Source: the human T2T-CHM13v2.0 reference genome, Homo sapiens. Taken from it: a stretch of DNA of 64,000 nt. Each line of letters begins with the position of its first letter. The first letter of the stretch is position 1. The stretch lies in NCBI RefSeq assembly GCF_009914755.1, contig NC_060932.1; one strand, 5' to 3'. Shown piece after piece: positions 14,922 to 28,982 of this stretch. The notes under the pieces are model-generated. The model worked only from the letters and a program-made list of their open reading frames with translations, ran no database searches and was not told the DNA's origin. The translations under genes were made by a program, and so were the position numbers.

Positions 14922-15959
14922 CCTTGTAAATATCCATGTCTCTATGCAACCTAAGTCTTAGCAAACAAATAAAGAAAATCTACTCTAAAATTTTAAAACT
15001 TTCGTAAACAATCTGGGCATCCAGCAGATGCTTTAAAAATACCTGTTGGATGGGGACTGAGTGTTTACACTTCTCACTGAAGTAATAAAATGATGCAGAT
15101 GATGGAAAAAGTTGAATTGGTATTTAGACTCCCAATACTGCCCTGATTTCAGGTTTGTCTCTATTAAAAAATTAAATGGAGAAGTTTATCAGCTCTATTT
15201 AGTGAGTCAATATAATGAGCACATCTGAATGATCCTAAATCAATTTTCCTTATCAGGATATGTGTTTGCCCGAAGTTTTGACTCTCTACTTTGTCTTTTC
15301 TTTTGGAATCATATCCCTGTTAAGAATTTATATATGATGAGAAATAAAGCTAAAGGATATGATCCTACATAAGACAAAGCTTACAAAGAAAATTCTGTTT
15401 TGGATGAGATCCGAATATATGAGGAATCATCCATAACACTTTTCTCTTACCTACTTTTATACAGAAACAAGGATGCTATATTTTAAATATGTAATGGGAA
15501 CACATTAAAGTATCATTATAACATTATTTTATATGTTTAAATGTTTTCCTACAATTAAACTTACAATCATGCCAAAAGTGTTTTTTCACATATTGACTTC
15601 CAATTTACTAAAGTCATTTTTCAATCAATACTTAGTGCATTTGCAAAGCATGCAGTGAGATTCTAGACTCTGGAATAGATCACTTTAATGAAATCAAATG
15701 TCACGTGTCATGTGGAAATAAATCATATTATTTATGCTTATTTATGTTAAAGGATAAATAAGCATTTACCTTCTCTGCTGACTTTTATAACTTTCTTAAC
15801 TTTCAGAATTAATTCAAGTGTGGATTTTAGTTGACTATTCTTAAAACAAAAATCTCAATTTCTCCATTTACCAGAAAGCTACAAGGTGCTCTCCCCCAGC
15901 AATGGTCTTAGTTGAACTGAATTTCCATATATGCTGTTATGTTTTTACATGAGGCAACA

Positions 15960-16175
15960 TAAGAGTTCACTGGGACCGAACTCCATTTCTGCCATTCACC
16001 AGCTGGGTGACACTGGGCAAATTGCTTAACATCTCTGTTCATTTCTTCTGATAATATTAGTAGGATTGGCAAGACATTCCTTAGCATATTAATAATATAC
16101 CTCTCAAAGTGCTATGAGGATTAAAGCTGTTAATACTTGCAAAGTTCTTAGAAAAAAACCTGACACGTAGAAGCT
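15960..16175 (+). mobile_element. MIR
   Basis: CTGCCATTCACCAGCTGGGTGACACTGGGCAAATTGCTTAACATCTCTG...ATGAGGATTAAA...AAAGTTCTTAGAA matches MIR. Confidence 0.75.
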
Positions 16176-18086
16176 GTAAAATAAAAAATTTTAATGTGCC
16201 CTACTTTCGTATCACATATATAGAACCAAATAACGAAAAATGAATTGTAAAATAATGAAAAAGCTTGAATAATGGAAAATGTGGTTCTAAATGGTTCAAG
16301 ACTTAGATAAATCAATATTTATTTGAATTCCATATGGCAATAAAACTAATGATAATTATTATTTTCTGAGGATGCCCTTGACATTTCTTGGATGAAAAGA
16401 AATCATATATACAATCAAACCAAACATTGTTTAGGTCAGTGATAAAACTTTTTTTAAAAAAATGTTTTGCTTAAGCACAAATATGTACTCTCACTGACTA
16501 AGCCATTCGGTATCAAAATAACACCATTTTACTCACTATTTTGACTCCCCAAATTGCAGAAATCTTCTGACCCTTTCTATCTTTTAATATGTTACAATGA
16601 GAAAATATTATCTCCCATAAAACAACAAAGTCCTGCTATCCCTACTGAAAAAAACAACGGAACACATGGTTGTGTCTGCCCGTGTTCTACGGCAACCTTG
16701 CGCTCACACCACACTGCCTCTAGGATCTCAGCAGGTTTGTCTCGAAAATATATTGGTCTGCCTCAACTAGAAAAAACATAAAACATAATCTTGACTGTTG
16801 TTTCATTCCCTTCATAAGACCAATAATTCAGTTGTCTTTTATCCAGAAACGTAGTCTTTATAACATGTTCTGTTCTGTACTGACATTTTTATACCATTTT
16901 TCTTTAAGTGTCATGTATTTCAAACAGCTTTATAGTAAGAGTTATTGCTCAAGAGTCACTGCTTCCTTTATGGAATCTAGGGAATTTGGATCAATGTGTA
17001 AGTGGTATTGTGAACACATGTATGCTATTTAAGGATTTAGGCCCTATCATTGGCCTTGAGATACTCAAATGTCGAATCTATTTCCATTTAAAAGGGAAAA
17101 AAAGGAGAATTGTCTAATGTTTTAATGTCACTTTTCTTATAATTCTAGTAATTCAAGACCAAGCAATAATTTTGCCTACTTTATGTAAAGCAAACATATT
17201 TTTCTCAAGTCAAAAAAATATATATCATACATTTTCAAAAAGAAAATCTTGCATCCTCTTATTAAACTTTTTTAACTTTGCATCTGGAGTCTAGAATTAA
17301 TTTTAACTATATTGGAAAAAAATATCAGAGAGTGGTGAAAGAGTGGTTAGTTTAACCACTTAAACTAACTTGCAAGTAATCTCCTATTCAGTGTGCATGG
17401 CTAAATGTGTGAGAATGAATGGCCAAAAAGATCTAATAAAACCCCACAGCATTTTAAAGCTACATGTGCATAATGCCAATTTATTTTAATTATTAAATGC
17501 TTACGTTATAATATCAATAAATAATTTACACTGTAATTAACTCTATTATAAACAGTTCATGAATAGGCATGAGCACAGAGGTCATTAGCATATAGGGATC
17601 ATTCTGATCTTTGCGTACTCTCTCCTTCCTTTGGCAGAAAGAAGGCAAGAAAACATTTTCAACTACCTGACAAATTTCCAAGCTTCATCCAGTATTCCCA
17701 AATGTCCGAGATCAGGAACTGTTGCCTTTTATCTTGCCAATCTATCCTTAGAGTTGTGAGTTCGCTGGAAATGGCTTCTATGATTTGTATCATGTAGTTT
17801 TAAATTGTCAGGATTTAGTAATTTACAGGCAAGAAAGGTTTGGAGTTTGGTTTTAAAAGTTTGACTGAGACAAATATATTGTTTTAGAAATATGTTTAGT
17901 AACATTTCCAGGAACAACAATTAAAAAAAATAGTTCTGAGAATTATATTAAAGGCCGACTCGTTACAACTTTGAAAAAGGAAGTTTCCTCGCCACAAACC
18001 AAATACATTCCTCTAAATGTATACTCTCATAAATTACAGAAATGTTCTCCACCAAGTACCAACAGCCACCACAAGCTCATAGTGAT

Positions 18087-18352
18087 AAAGGAAGAAAAAG
18101 AAAGAGAAAAAGACAGAGAGAGAAGGAAGAAAGAGAGAAAGAGAAAGGAAGAAAGAAAGAAAAAAAGAGAGAGAAAGAGAAAGCAAAAAAAAAGAAAGAA
18201 AAAGAGAAAGGAAAAAAGAAAGAAAGAGAAAGAAAGAAAGAAAAAGAAAGAAAGGAAAAAGAGAGGAGGGAGGGAGGAAGGGAGGGACGGAGGGAGGGAG
18301 GGAGGGAAAGGAAAAAAAAAGAGTCAAAGAAAGAAAGAGAAAAAGAAAAAAA
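18087..18352. repeat. Polypurine low-complexity tract (GAAA/GA/GGGA)
   Basis: About 265 bp almost entirely A/G, including GGGAGGGAGGGAGGG at 18292-18306. Confidence 0.97.
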
Positions 18353-18854
18353 TCTAACTAGCTTCATTGTAGTAGCTTACAGTTTTCCAAGGACTTTTCT
18401 GGGACTACTCTATGTGCCACTGAACTGATGTGACAACCAGCTTGCTTTATTACTTTGTATACTCCTAGAGTTGATTCAAAACTAAGCTTGCTGTGATATC
18501 AAAGGGGGAGCTGTGCTCCGATCAGCTGCAAACAGGCCCCAGGGGACAAGCACTGTTGTAAAGCAATAGGAACCCTACCCATGGATCAACATTAGCACAC
18601 AGGGACTCAATGAAGCAGACCCAAGGAGGGCTTTTCTCTACCTGCTCCCCTCAAAGGCAACATTTTCTCATGTTTGAGCTTGTGAATAAAGAACAAGGGC
18701 CCACATGAATGCTGTCCCTTCTGTTTGGCCTGTTAGCATTTTGCCTACTACAGAGTTCCAGGAAACAAGAAAGGCTGCAGCCAGGAGGCAGTGGCTAGTG
18801 AGGATTCCAGTGCAGCCACCATGGCTGACCATATATTTGATCTTAAATGGACTA

Positions 18855-19080
18855 AACCAAAGAAAAAGGCTAGAAGCAGATCCCACTACATATGGGAAAT
18901 TTAACACATAATAAAGGTGTCACTGGGAGCCACTGGGGAAAAGTGTTTGATCCCTGCCTCACACCTTAGTCAAAACTAAATCATTAGATGGGTCAAATGT
19001 TTTGAAGAAAAACATTTTCTTCAAGGTAGAAAACACTTTAATTTTAAAGTGGGAAAGGTCTTTCTAAGTATAATACAAAA
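18855..19080 (+). mobile_element. Old L1M ORF2 3' fragment
   Basis: CTAGAAGCAGATCCCACTACATATGGGAAATTTAACACATAATAAAGGTG...TTGATCCCTGCCTCACACC resembles decayed L1 ORF2. Confidence 0.55.
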
Positions 19081-19367
19081 CTCTCTCTAAAGCTCTGAAT
19101 CTTTCCCAAATCAGCAACTGGGTCTGCATTCCTAGTACTTGCTCACTTTATCAGGGACATCTACTTGCCAAGTCCTATTTGTCCCATCCTACAACTTAAA
19201 CAAGACTACAGGGAGAACATCTCAGGATATAGAACATTGACAATAAATCATAAAAATTTTTACCCCTTATAAGTCCTAAAATAACTTTATTTAAAGTAAC
19301 TGCAAAGTAACATTATGAGACTGCTCATAAACATTTCTCTTGCCAAAGAGATCAAAACATTTTGCTA

Positions 19368-19923
<556 letters not shown>

Positions 19924-20341
19924 TTATGGAAACCCAAGAAAAAATATTCAGTAGTCTGTGTCATTCGTTATATAAAAAAATGCACATCAATGCAGAAATT
20001 TCTACTCCGTTCTGTTATCTGAAAAGTCACATGCCACCTGTTTAGGAAGTATCTGATTTAAAAAACCAACTGTGCATGCTTCCCTAGAGTCCCACATAAG
20101 CCCACATGAAGAGCAACTAGAAAAAGACAAAAGCAATGGCCCTTTCTTGGCAGCAAGTCAAATCTCTCCGTTTTAACTAGCTGCTTGGAAAGATAAGGTC
20201 ATGACATGTCTAGAAAAACTGCACACTTACTTGAACAGATAATATACAAAAAGCTGGCCCTAGCCTTTACTAATGTAAGAATCTAAATTTTTATCCCCAG
20301 AAAAAAAGAGTATGAAAAATACCCTTTGATACCCTTTAATA

Positions 20342-20463
20342 ACGTAGTTCTTTCCTCCCAAAGCAGTGCTGTCTCCCAAGCTCAGCTCACCCAGAAAGCC
20401 ACCACTGAACAATCCAGGGAGATGAGCTGCTCCACCTTCCAAATGCTAGTGCTGCCTTGAGCA
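20342..20463 (+). repeat. Inverted repeat, left arm (122 bp)
   Basis: Reverse complement of 21513-21634, 3 mismatches, no gaps. Confidence 0.97.
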
Positions 20464-20609
20464 CTACATATTAATGAAGACATTAACTAGTAAATTTATA
20501 TTTAAATAAAAATATGATTCAGGGAAAATATTGAAACATAAAATGAAAAATATGCTATAAAATTTTCTGTTACAAACTGGCCATATCTTGTAGAAAAAAA
20601 AATCGCATA

Positions 20610-20865
20610 CAAATAGTATTTATTACACCTCTGACACTACACTGAGCCCTTTACAAGTATTATTTGCATACAAGCAGAGGCAAAGTGTCATAATACACAC
20701 CTCATAGGTTTGTTGTGAGAATTAAAAAGAGTTATTGTGTATAAAATGTGTAGAACAATGTTCAAGACACTGGAAACAATAAGTATTAGTTCCTAGTATC
20801 TGATTTAATCCTCACCCCAAACACCTAAGGATTAGAGATATTAAAGAACTTGCCTAAAATGACAT
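20610..20865. mobile_element. Nested MIR fragments (plus-strand piece inside a minus-strand piece)
   Basis: CCTCATAGGTTTGTTGTGAGAATTAAA (+) lies between TATTTATT...CTTTACAAGTATTA and ATTTAATCCTCAC...AACTTGCC (-). Confidence 0.55.
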
Positions 20866-21150
20866 TGTGTCACTCCAGATTTCATGCTTGTAACTGCTGT
20901 GGGTGAATAAAAAGTATATTCTCTCCGCCCCCCGCCTTTCAGTGTACACAAACAAAACAGTGTGTATATGAATACCATATATTTATAATTATATATATGA
21001 ATGCTGGGAAAAAATGCATGCTGAGTGGTCGAATTACACATTTTTATTGCTTCATTTTCCATATTTTCTACAAGCAATATGTATTCCTTTAATAATCAGC
21101 TGTTTTTGTAAATATCTTCAGGAAACTTCAATCATCAAAACTTCTGGAAG

Positions 21151-21257
21151 TTGTTTTTTGTTTTTTGGAGTTTTTTGGATACAGAGTCTCACTCTGTCAC
21201 CCAGGCTGGAGTGCAGTGGCACAGTCTCGGCTCACTGCAACCTCCACCTCCCAGGTT
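21151..21257 (-). mobile_element. Alu right-arm fragment (truncated)
   Basis: T-rich tail then ACAGAGTCTCACTCTGTCACCCAGGCTGGAGTGCAGTGG...CTCCCAGGTT, ending abruptly; no TSD seen. Confidence 0.9.
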
Positions 21258-21512
21258 TTTTATGCTTGACCCAAAGGGTGCTCTAGAATGTGGACTACAG
21301 GTCAATCCAGGCTCTAGACGGAAAAAATAATATTTTTAAAATATAAAACCAATATCCCTATCCTATTTCAAAAGGATTTTTGTTTAGACAATGGTTTACT
21401 TATTATTTGAAAGCTTAAAGAAAAAAATGATTAAGCAACTAAGAATATCATCTCATTTCAGATGAGTTCTCCCCATGTAAGCTTGCTACAAAGGAGCAGA
21501 ATTTTCAGGAGC

Positions 21513-21634
21513 TGCTCAAGGCAGCACTAGCATTTGGAAGGTGGAGCAGCTCACTTCCCTGGATTGATCAGTGGTGGCTTTCTGGGTGAGCTGAGCTTGG
21601 GAGACAGCACTGCTTTGGGAGGAAAGAACTACGT
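21513..21634 (-). repeat. Inverted repeat, right arm (122 bp)
   Basis: Reverse complement of 20342-20463. Confidence 0.97.
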
Positions 21635-22056
21635 ATATATTTCAGGACTATGTTTCTAAGATGACATAAAGGTGGGAATGAAAAATAGCATGAGCTGGTT
21701 CCTTCAAGTGGTCCAGAAGGAGCAAGTGGGGCCATGAGGGGAGCAGCTGTAACTGGTGGAAATGGTGAGCTGAATCCACATGCTTGCCCACTGGAAGGAG
21801 ACACCTTTGATAATTTCATTTCTGTCTTTTTCTCTTTGGAGACACTAAGTTCCGGAAGAAGGCAAGCCACATTCTCAGGATCATGTGGGTCTGCCCCAGC
21901 TAAAGATGTACAAGCTATAGGGACTCCTAAGTGCGAGCCCTGTGACTGTTCATCCTTAAATACGTTAGCAGCCAGCATGCTGACTATGATGAGTTGTGCG
22001 CTCCAAGTCAGAGGGTCTGATTCCCCAGGTTCCAGAAGGAGCTCAGGAGGCTCCAT
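21568..22056 (-). other. Orphan ORF, 162 aa, coding status unsupported
   Basis: ATG in GGCACCATGG context; longest ATG-initiated non-repeat ORF in the window; no protein family recognised. Confidence 0.15.
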
Positions 22057-23657
22057 GGTGCCTTTCCCCACCTGCAACTATTTTCCTACCAGCCACTATC
22101 CAGCAAGAGCCTCCTAGACCAAGGAGCCTTTCTCTGTTTACAATTAACAACAACAAAATATCTATTAAAAGGACAGAGTTTCTCTCAATGAAGAAAGTTA
22201 ACACAGCCCAGGGCATCCAGGAAGACAGCCAACTCTGGTCTTTAATCTTGCACATCAAGCACACCCTGATGGCCAACTTCTCAGCCAAGTGAGACTGCTG
22301 GTTGGCCTTTCTAGAATGTAGGAGGCAAACAGTAAAGTCTTCTTCAAGAGCATTAAGAGTAATCTGGCCAGAGAGGATTTGAATTGAGGTATACCGGCAG
22401 CTTTTCTATTTGTTTGTAAATGAGAGAAGATAGAGGTATTTTAAGTAGATAATGAGGGTGCCTAACTAGTGAAGTAAGAGCCAATTTGCTCTAAGTAATT
22501 GTCTTCTAGAATATAAAAAGAATTTCAAAAAACATGATCCTTTCTCATTCCCCTTCCTTCACATCACCAAAATTAAAATAAAATTTAATTCCTTTCTAAG
22601 AGCCTGGAGAAGGTGGGGCTACCTTGGATGTTCTTCTAAAGATCAGATGAGCTCCTACAGAATCCCCATTCCAAGTACCGGAAGAAAATAATTTAATTGG
22701 AAGGTAAAAAGAAGAAATATTTTACTCTTTAAATTTTTTTTTAACTGAGAAATATCACCAAGTTACTAAAGATACAGAATGGAAAAGGAAGAATAAAGAG
22801 TCATTAATAAATATATCTCCTCTGAACAACATCAACACTCATTTTGTTTCTTAAATGTCCATACAGTGGTCTACTGTCAAATTAGATAACATGAATTTAT
22901 ATTATTATTCAAGAAAGAATCCCATATCAGGAGGCCCATATTTCAATGCAGAATGGATTACATTATTTGTCAAGGAAAACACATTACTCTTTGAAAAACA
23001 GAAAAGTTGACCTTGGCAAACAGTTAGTAAAATTATTCCCTACTTGATTTCCCTTATGTACACAGTGTGGGAGAGCACATATTTAGTGCTGCTTTGTGGC
23101 ATTGTTTCAAAAGAACTCTTGTTATCGTGGCCAGAAAGGAGTAGTGAACATCTAGAAAATGTTCACATTAGTGTTGGGAAGTGACCAAAGTCTTGTTTCC
23201 ACCTTTTATGTTATGTTGTAAAAAAAAAAAAAATCTTTTAGAAAGAAAATCATCTAGATTTTTATAGTAAGTAGACACAGGCTTAATGTATGCTTATCTT
23301 TTTATCTTTTACCTTGATCAACCATAGTTCTTTTTTTTCATAATCAGAGACAAATACAAATAAAGCATTTATTCTTTGACAAAATTCTAAAATTGTGTAA
23401 CGATTTCCCGTTTTATTAGGATGCTATTACCTTATCATTTTACCTTGTCTCAGCTGGCATTCCCACTATTTTTGTAATAATTGATAACAGAGTGTTTAAT
23501 TCCATCAAGACAACATTTGATAGCCCCGTGTCTTTATGTCTTTTCATGTGGATTACTCAAATCTACCTCAACAGACTTACTTATCGCAACTCTTCCTTTC
23601 TTCCTTATACCCTTCTGGCTCCCAATCCCAATAGTGTGCTGGCTATTAATATTTTAT

Positions 23658-23968
<311 letters not shown>

Positions 23969-23989
23969 TTATATGTAATAATAACATAA

Positions 23990-24155
23990 AAATAGTACTA
24001 ATAGCCAATGTTTGTTTTATACCTGTCACCTTTTTGAAGCCATTTTTGCCTGTTATGCCATTCAATTCTCTTAGTAACATCAAAAATTAAATAATACCAT
24101 TATCCCATGTTACAAATGAGGAAACCAGGGCTGACAGAGACTGACTATACTTGCC
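23990..24155 (-). mobile_element. MIR
   Basis: CATTATCCCATGTTACAAATGAGGAAACCAGGGCT is the antisense MIR core. Confidence 0.65.
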
Positions 24156-25019
24156 ACTGTATCTTGTTGTTTGGTGCCCTTTATATCTTATATTTAGGGT
24201 GGAACATTAAGCCACTCATAACCAACCAAGGCTAGTTGAAGAACAACGCTACTATTGGGGGAAAACCTATTTGAAAAATACAATCGATCTTTTCCTGCTG
24301 AATGTTCTTCCCTTGTATCACTCCCTACTCAAAATCTTCCATAAAGCTGCATCTTTTAGAGTTACTGAGATATGAATAAGTCAGCAAAGATTACAGGAGA
24401 TTACCAAGAGATTGTACGGTAAAAATGATAGATTGTAAATAATGTAAAACAGAAAATGAAAACAGAACATGTTTACAAAATTGTAAACCAAATCTGTGTT
24501 TGAGTGTGTGCGTGTGTATATTTGTGCATAAAATCATGTTATTAAATGACTGGATCAAAGTATTATGAATGGCAATGCTTCAGCTTCTAAATAATCAATG
24601 TGGATCATCGAAAACCAAAGAAACCAAAGCAATTGGTACTGATTGTTGAGATAAAAGGCATTTGATGAAAAGATTGTATGGAAAGCAATGCCACAAACCA
24701 GTTCACTCCTGTAAATGGAGGAACAAAACAGCTTGTATCTCTAAAAGATAACGTTCAGTAAAGGTTTAGTAATTACCTAGTATTTTTTTCTCTGTGATGG
24801 CCTCTTCGGTAATTTCCTCTACCACAATTTTTAAATAAATGTTTTAAAATGTTTATCTGGTAAAAATCCCCTCTTTTCCCCCACCCCATAGTCACTACTA
24901 GCAAAACCCCCATCTGGCTGTAAAGATCCTTAACCAGTTTCATAGTTGGTGGCCAGGTGATGATAAGAGGATGGCAACCCCTTGAATAAAGCCCACTCCT
25001 TTATGTCGGTCGTTCCATC

Positions 25020-25960
25020 ATTTAACACTTTCCTATATATATCTAGTAGCAAGAAACTCAGAAGGTCTGGAATGACAGCCTCTTGGAGATCACCATGGAA
25101 GAGGAAGGCAGAGCTAGAGAAAAGCAAAATCCACGTGCGCCCATGCCCAGCCCCTGCCAGGAGAGGGAGGAAGGCAACAGCAGAACAAGGGGAGTGACGC
25201 CCCTCCATCTTCTTTCTTGGCGCTTCTCTTCTTCAGATTCAGATTTTATCTTTTTATGTATTTTCATTGAGATTTTACAAGCTCAAAAGCTTGTTCTGAG
25301 GAATATTTACTTGTCCTAAACATTCCAAGAAGAGGCTTCCTGTATAGCATTTTGGGATCTCCAGTGTGTCTCTAACCCCAGAAAATTCTGCCCCCACACC
25401 CAGGAGATTCTTCTTTAACAGAACCAAAGTTTTTTACCAAAACCCAAACCTAAAAGTCAGGTGGAAAGGTTGCGAAGCAGTGTGAGACGTCCTCTAAGGG
25501 AAGTTGAGGGTGGAGAAGGGGTAAGGAGAGGTGGTAGGAGTGGAAAAGGAGGAGGTCCTAACTCCGCAGAGGCTGAGGAAGGCCTTCTGGGGAGGCAACT
25601 CCTTAAAAGAAGCTGGAAGAATGAAGACAATCCTGCCAGGTACACAGCGGAAGAACATGTCCAAATGAATCCGCTTTAGAGCAAATACCAGTAAGGGCTG
25701 GTGCAGGATGGTGGTGGCTGAGAGAAGATTACTCATAAAAGCATATTAATTTTATAAATATGGAAAATTTAACTAGATAATTAAATGTGAATTGAGTTTG
25801 AAGGTTGCATGAGAGTAGGGAGGAGGTAGTTTCTACTTATAGGGTTTATATAAGTGTGCTTCAATAGAATGGCTCTTTCGGATGACAATGATGAACTGTT
25901 CTAAGCAGACAGCTTAGGGTCACTTTCCCACTTAACAACGGGTGTCGTTCTATAGTTGTT
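25020..25960. promoter_or_regulatory. Repeat-poor, relatively GC/CpG-rich block: candidate promoter, enhancer or exon
   Basis: CACGTG 25132-25137, TGACG 25195-25199, GACGTC 25486-25491, TATATAAA on minus at 25845-25852; no TE similarity recognised. Motif evidence only. Confidence 0.3.
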
Positions 25961-26736
25961 CCCAGTGACAGAGGTTGAAACAACTAAAATTCCTCAATCC
26001 TTTACTCCTTACTAGTGAAGTCAAAGCCACCTGTATGCCTTTTGGTTTTCTCAAAAATTATACAATCAATGACAATTATTTGGAAAAGAGAGAGGGTGTG
26101 TGTGTGTGTCTGTGTGTGACAGAGAGAAAGAGAGAAAGAAAGTTAAAATTACAAAATAAAAGGAAAACAATCAGGTCTATCATCAAGCTTTAAGCTAGCA
26201 TTTTTCCTGATAATATGGATTAACTTCTGTAAATGATTTAATTTAATACCTTTAACAAGGAGGTAAAACTGTAAGAATCTTTCATAGTGAAGAAAAAAGT
26301 TTATACATTTATTCCATAATTTTTTTATTGCCTATGTTTTCAGTAAAAATAAGCTTGCAAAAATTCTTCAGAAAAGGCATTTTTTTGGCCATCAAATGCA
26401 CATTTTGAGTAGGTATTAGTTACAGGGCTCTAGCTACTGAAATCCTATGCATTTCTCAATGGAACTACCTAAAAACTAAGCACTGAGGATTTGTAAGAAT
26501 CTCAATCAAACATTGCAACTACCAATACTGTGCATATGGGCTAATTCAAAGGAGATTTGCATGTTAACTGAATCCAGACAGGTAAATGTTTCAAACATTA
26601 TAGGTTAAGAGCTAATGACTGCTTATTTTTATGTTTCTCACCTAATGATAAAATTTGCAAAATTTTTTTTTTATTCCAAAAGACTGAACGATGGCCAGAG
26701 AGTTCTAACGATGGGATTACTTGACTAAGGATATAG

Positions 26737-27032
<296 letters not shown>

Positions 27033-27207
27033 CGGGATAGACTTTTACTGAGAACATAGCTTTAAACTTAATCTCAACTATAAAAGCATATTCCAGCTTT
27101 GTGTTTCTAAAAATCACCACTGTAAATCACATGAACCAAAACGTCTATAGACATATCTAAGTAAAGAAAAGCATTTCTAATTCTTTTTGCTGTGATATAT
27201 AAATCAT

Positions 27208-27252
27208 GTATGTGTGTGTGTGTGTTCGTGTGTGTGTGTGTTCGTGTGTGTA
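27208..27252. repeat. Interrupted (TG)n microsatellite
   Basis: Read directly; two TTCG interruptions. Confidence 0.9.
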
Positions 27253-28849
27253 TATGTACACGAACTATGCTATACCTTCCTCGAGGACCAATGTTGTGCT
27301 AAATGTACTAAAGAGAGAATAAAAGACTTGGAAATGACATAGGTTTAAAGTCCTTTGACTCATTCCACTGGGATTATTGAAGTGCTTGGGGTGGGGGGAG
27401 GTGACAGCAAGAGTAGAAAGGAGCCAGATATTAGTGCCTATTGTAATTACCATGTTCCCTATGGTCTGAAATGCTAAAAATGAATGTTTCCTCTATTACA
27501 AGGATATAGACCTTTTTCCCTGCAAAGCTATTAACATATATAATGCACATGTCTGAAAATCATGGCTTCTCTGTCATTCTTTGGAGACCTTTAGGGACCT
27601 GGGTGATCGTATAGTCCTGAATTATAGCCAAAGTATAATCTGTCGTCCTCTAGTTTTCCAGCATATTTTTAAAAAATCACTTTAAGCAATTTTACCCATA
27701 TTGAATGTCTCACTACTTTTCAACAAATTAAAATGTTTGCATTGTCTTAACTCTGGATAAAACTGCTATATAACTTGCAAATGAGAAAGCACATTAACCA
27801 TACTTCATCAAGTGCCAGCATTTCTATGAATAAAATGCGTTAGCATATAATTCTAGAAATCTATTAATGTAGTTTTTTTCAAAAATAAACAAGCTTCTCG
27901 GAAGTCAAAACATATATAAACTCGTGCTCTGCTTGCACTATTCTAGGGAACATGAAATCACAAGTAAATAAATTGACATTAATTTATACCTTTTGTACAA
28001 ATACATTTCCTTCTATATTTTGGGGGCAAAATTGTACCTTAACATATTCTACATTTTCTCTCTGATTTCCAATTCTTTTATCACAAAAGTAGAATAAAAC
28101 AAGAAATTTTACTTCCTTATTCAGTTTTATTTCAATGTATGTCAATTTAGCATATTTTAAATAGTCTGTATAATTTTTAAAAATGAAAGAACCATTCTAA
28201 TGTTAATTTGGATCAATCTTCCAAACATATGATTCCAGGTTTCTAAAAGGGGCCCACTTGAGGGGGCTTTTTAAAAGTGAACAAAAAAGCGCCCTGAGGC
28301 TTCCCAATTCACATTTAACCTACTTACATGAAAAAGGAACTGCTTTGGTTAAGAATAAACTTCCACAAGCTCAGGTTCAAGCTAAACACGCCAGCATATT
28401 AGTGAGGAAATGAGACAGCAAATAGTAACTCCTTTCATACTAGTAAAAGAATACTGTATTTATTTAAAACAGTTGGCAGAAATTCTCATTTTAATTAAAT
28501 TACATTTACTGAAATAACATTTTCATAATTAAACAACAACAACAACAACAAAACCATTTCTCCCCCTCAAAGAACTACCAAATATAATCACAGTAACTTA
28601 AAATGGGCAAAGGAGTAAGAGAATGGTTAGAATAAATGTGACTAATTTGGATTACAATTGCACGTTACTTCAGTGGTTTTCAGTGATTTAGAAGACATTA
28701 TTATCCTCCTTTGCCATGTAAAATTAATACAAAGCAGATAACAAGTTTTGTTATTAATGTTTTTTAAGAGGAAGTAACTTAGTACAAGTTTCATATCGTC
28801 TATGTTATTACTTGCATATTCGAATTTAAGATTATTGGCTTATGTGAGA

Positions 28850-28982
28850 TTAAAGATAATCTAATCTGACCCCTTCCTTTTACAAATGAGGAAGCTGAGA
28901 CCCAGAAAAGTTAAGTGCCTTGTTCTGAATCATTTAGCTCCTTAGAAGAACTCTTCTGGAACTCAGAGGCTTCCCACTGCAC
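28850..28982 (-). mobile_element. MIR/MIR3 fragment
   Basis: TTTTACAAATGAGGAAGCTGAGACCCAGAAAAGTTAAGTG core. Confidence 0.7.

Noticed and set aside
17971-18428. Lys/Arg/Glu-rich and Phe/Leu/Ser-rich ORFs of about 100-130 aa
   Set aside because: Artefact of a stop-free polypurine tract open in several frames on both strands.
20342-21634. The 122-bp inverted repeat as terminal inverted repeats of a DNA transposon
   Set aside because: No clean TSD or transposase remnant, the spacer holds ordinary MIR/L1/Alu debris, and 97.5% identity is too high for primate DNA transposons, which are long extinct.
25461-25736. Overlapping 62-80 aa ORFs on both strands in the GC-richer block
   Set aside because: None matches a protein I recognise and the plus-strand acceptor lacks a pyrimidine tract, so they are not called as CDS.
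25815-25940. GAGGTAGT and TTAGGGTCAC, resembling the let-7 seed and loop
   Set aside because: Spacing is wrong, the mature sequence does not continue and there is no complementary 3p arm.
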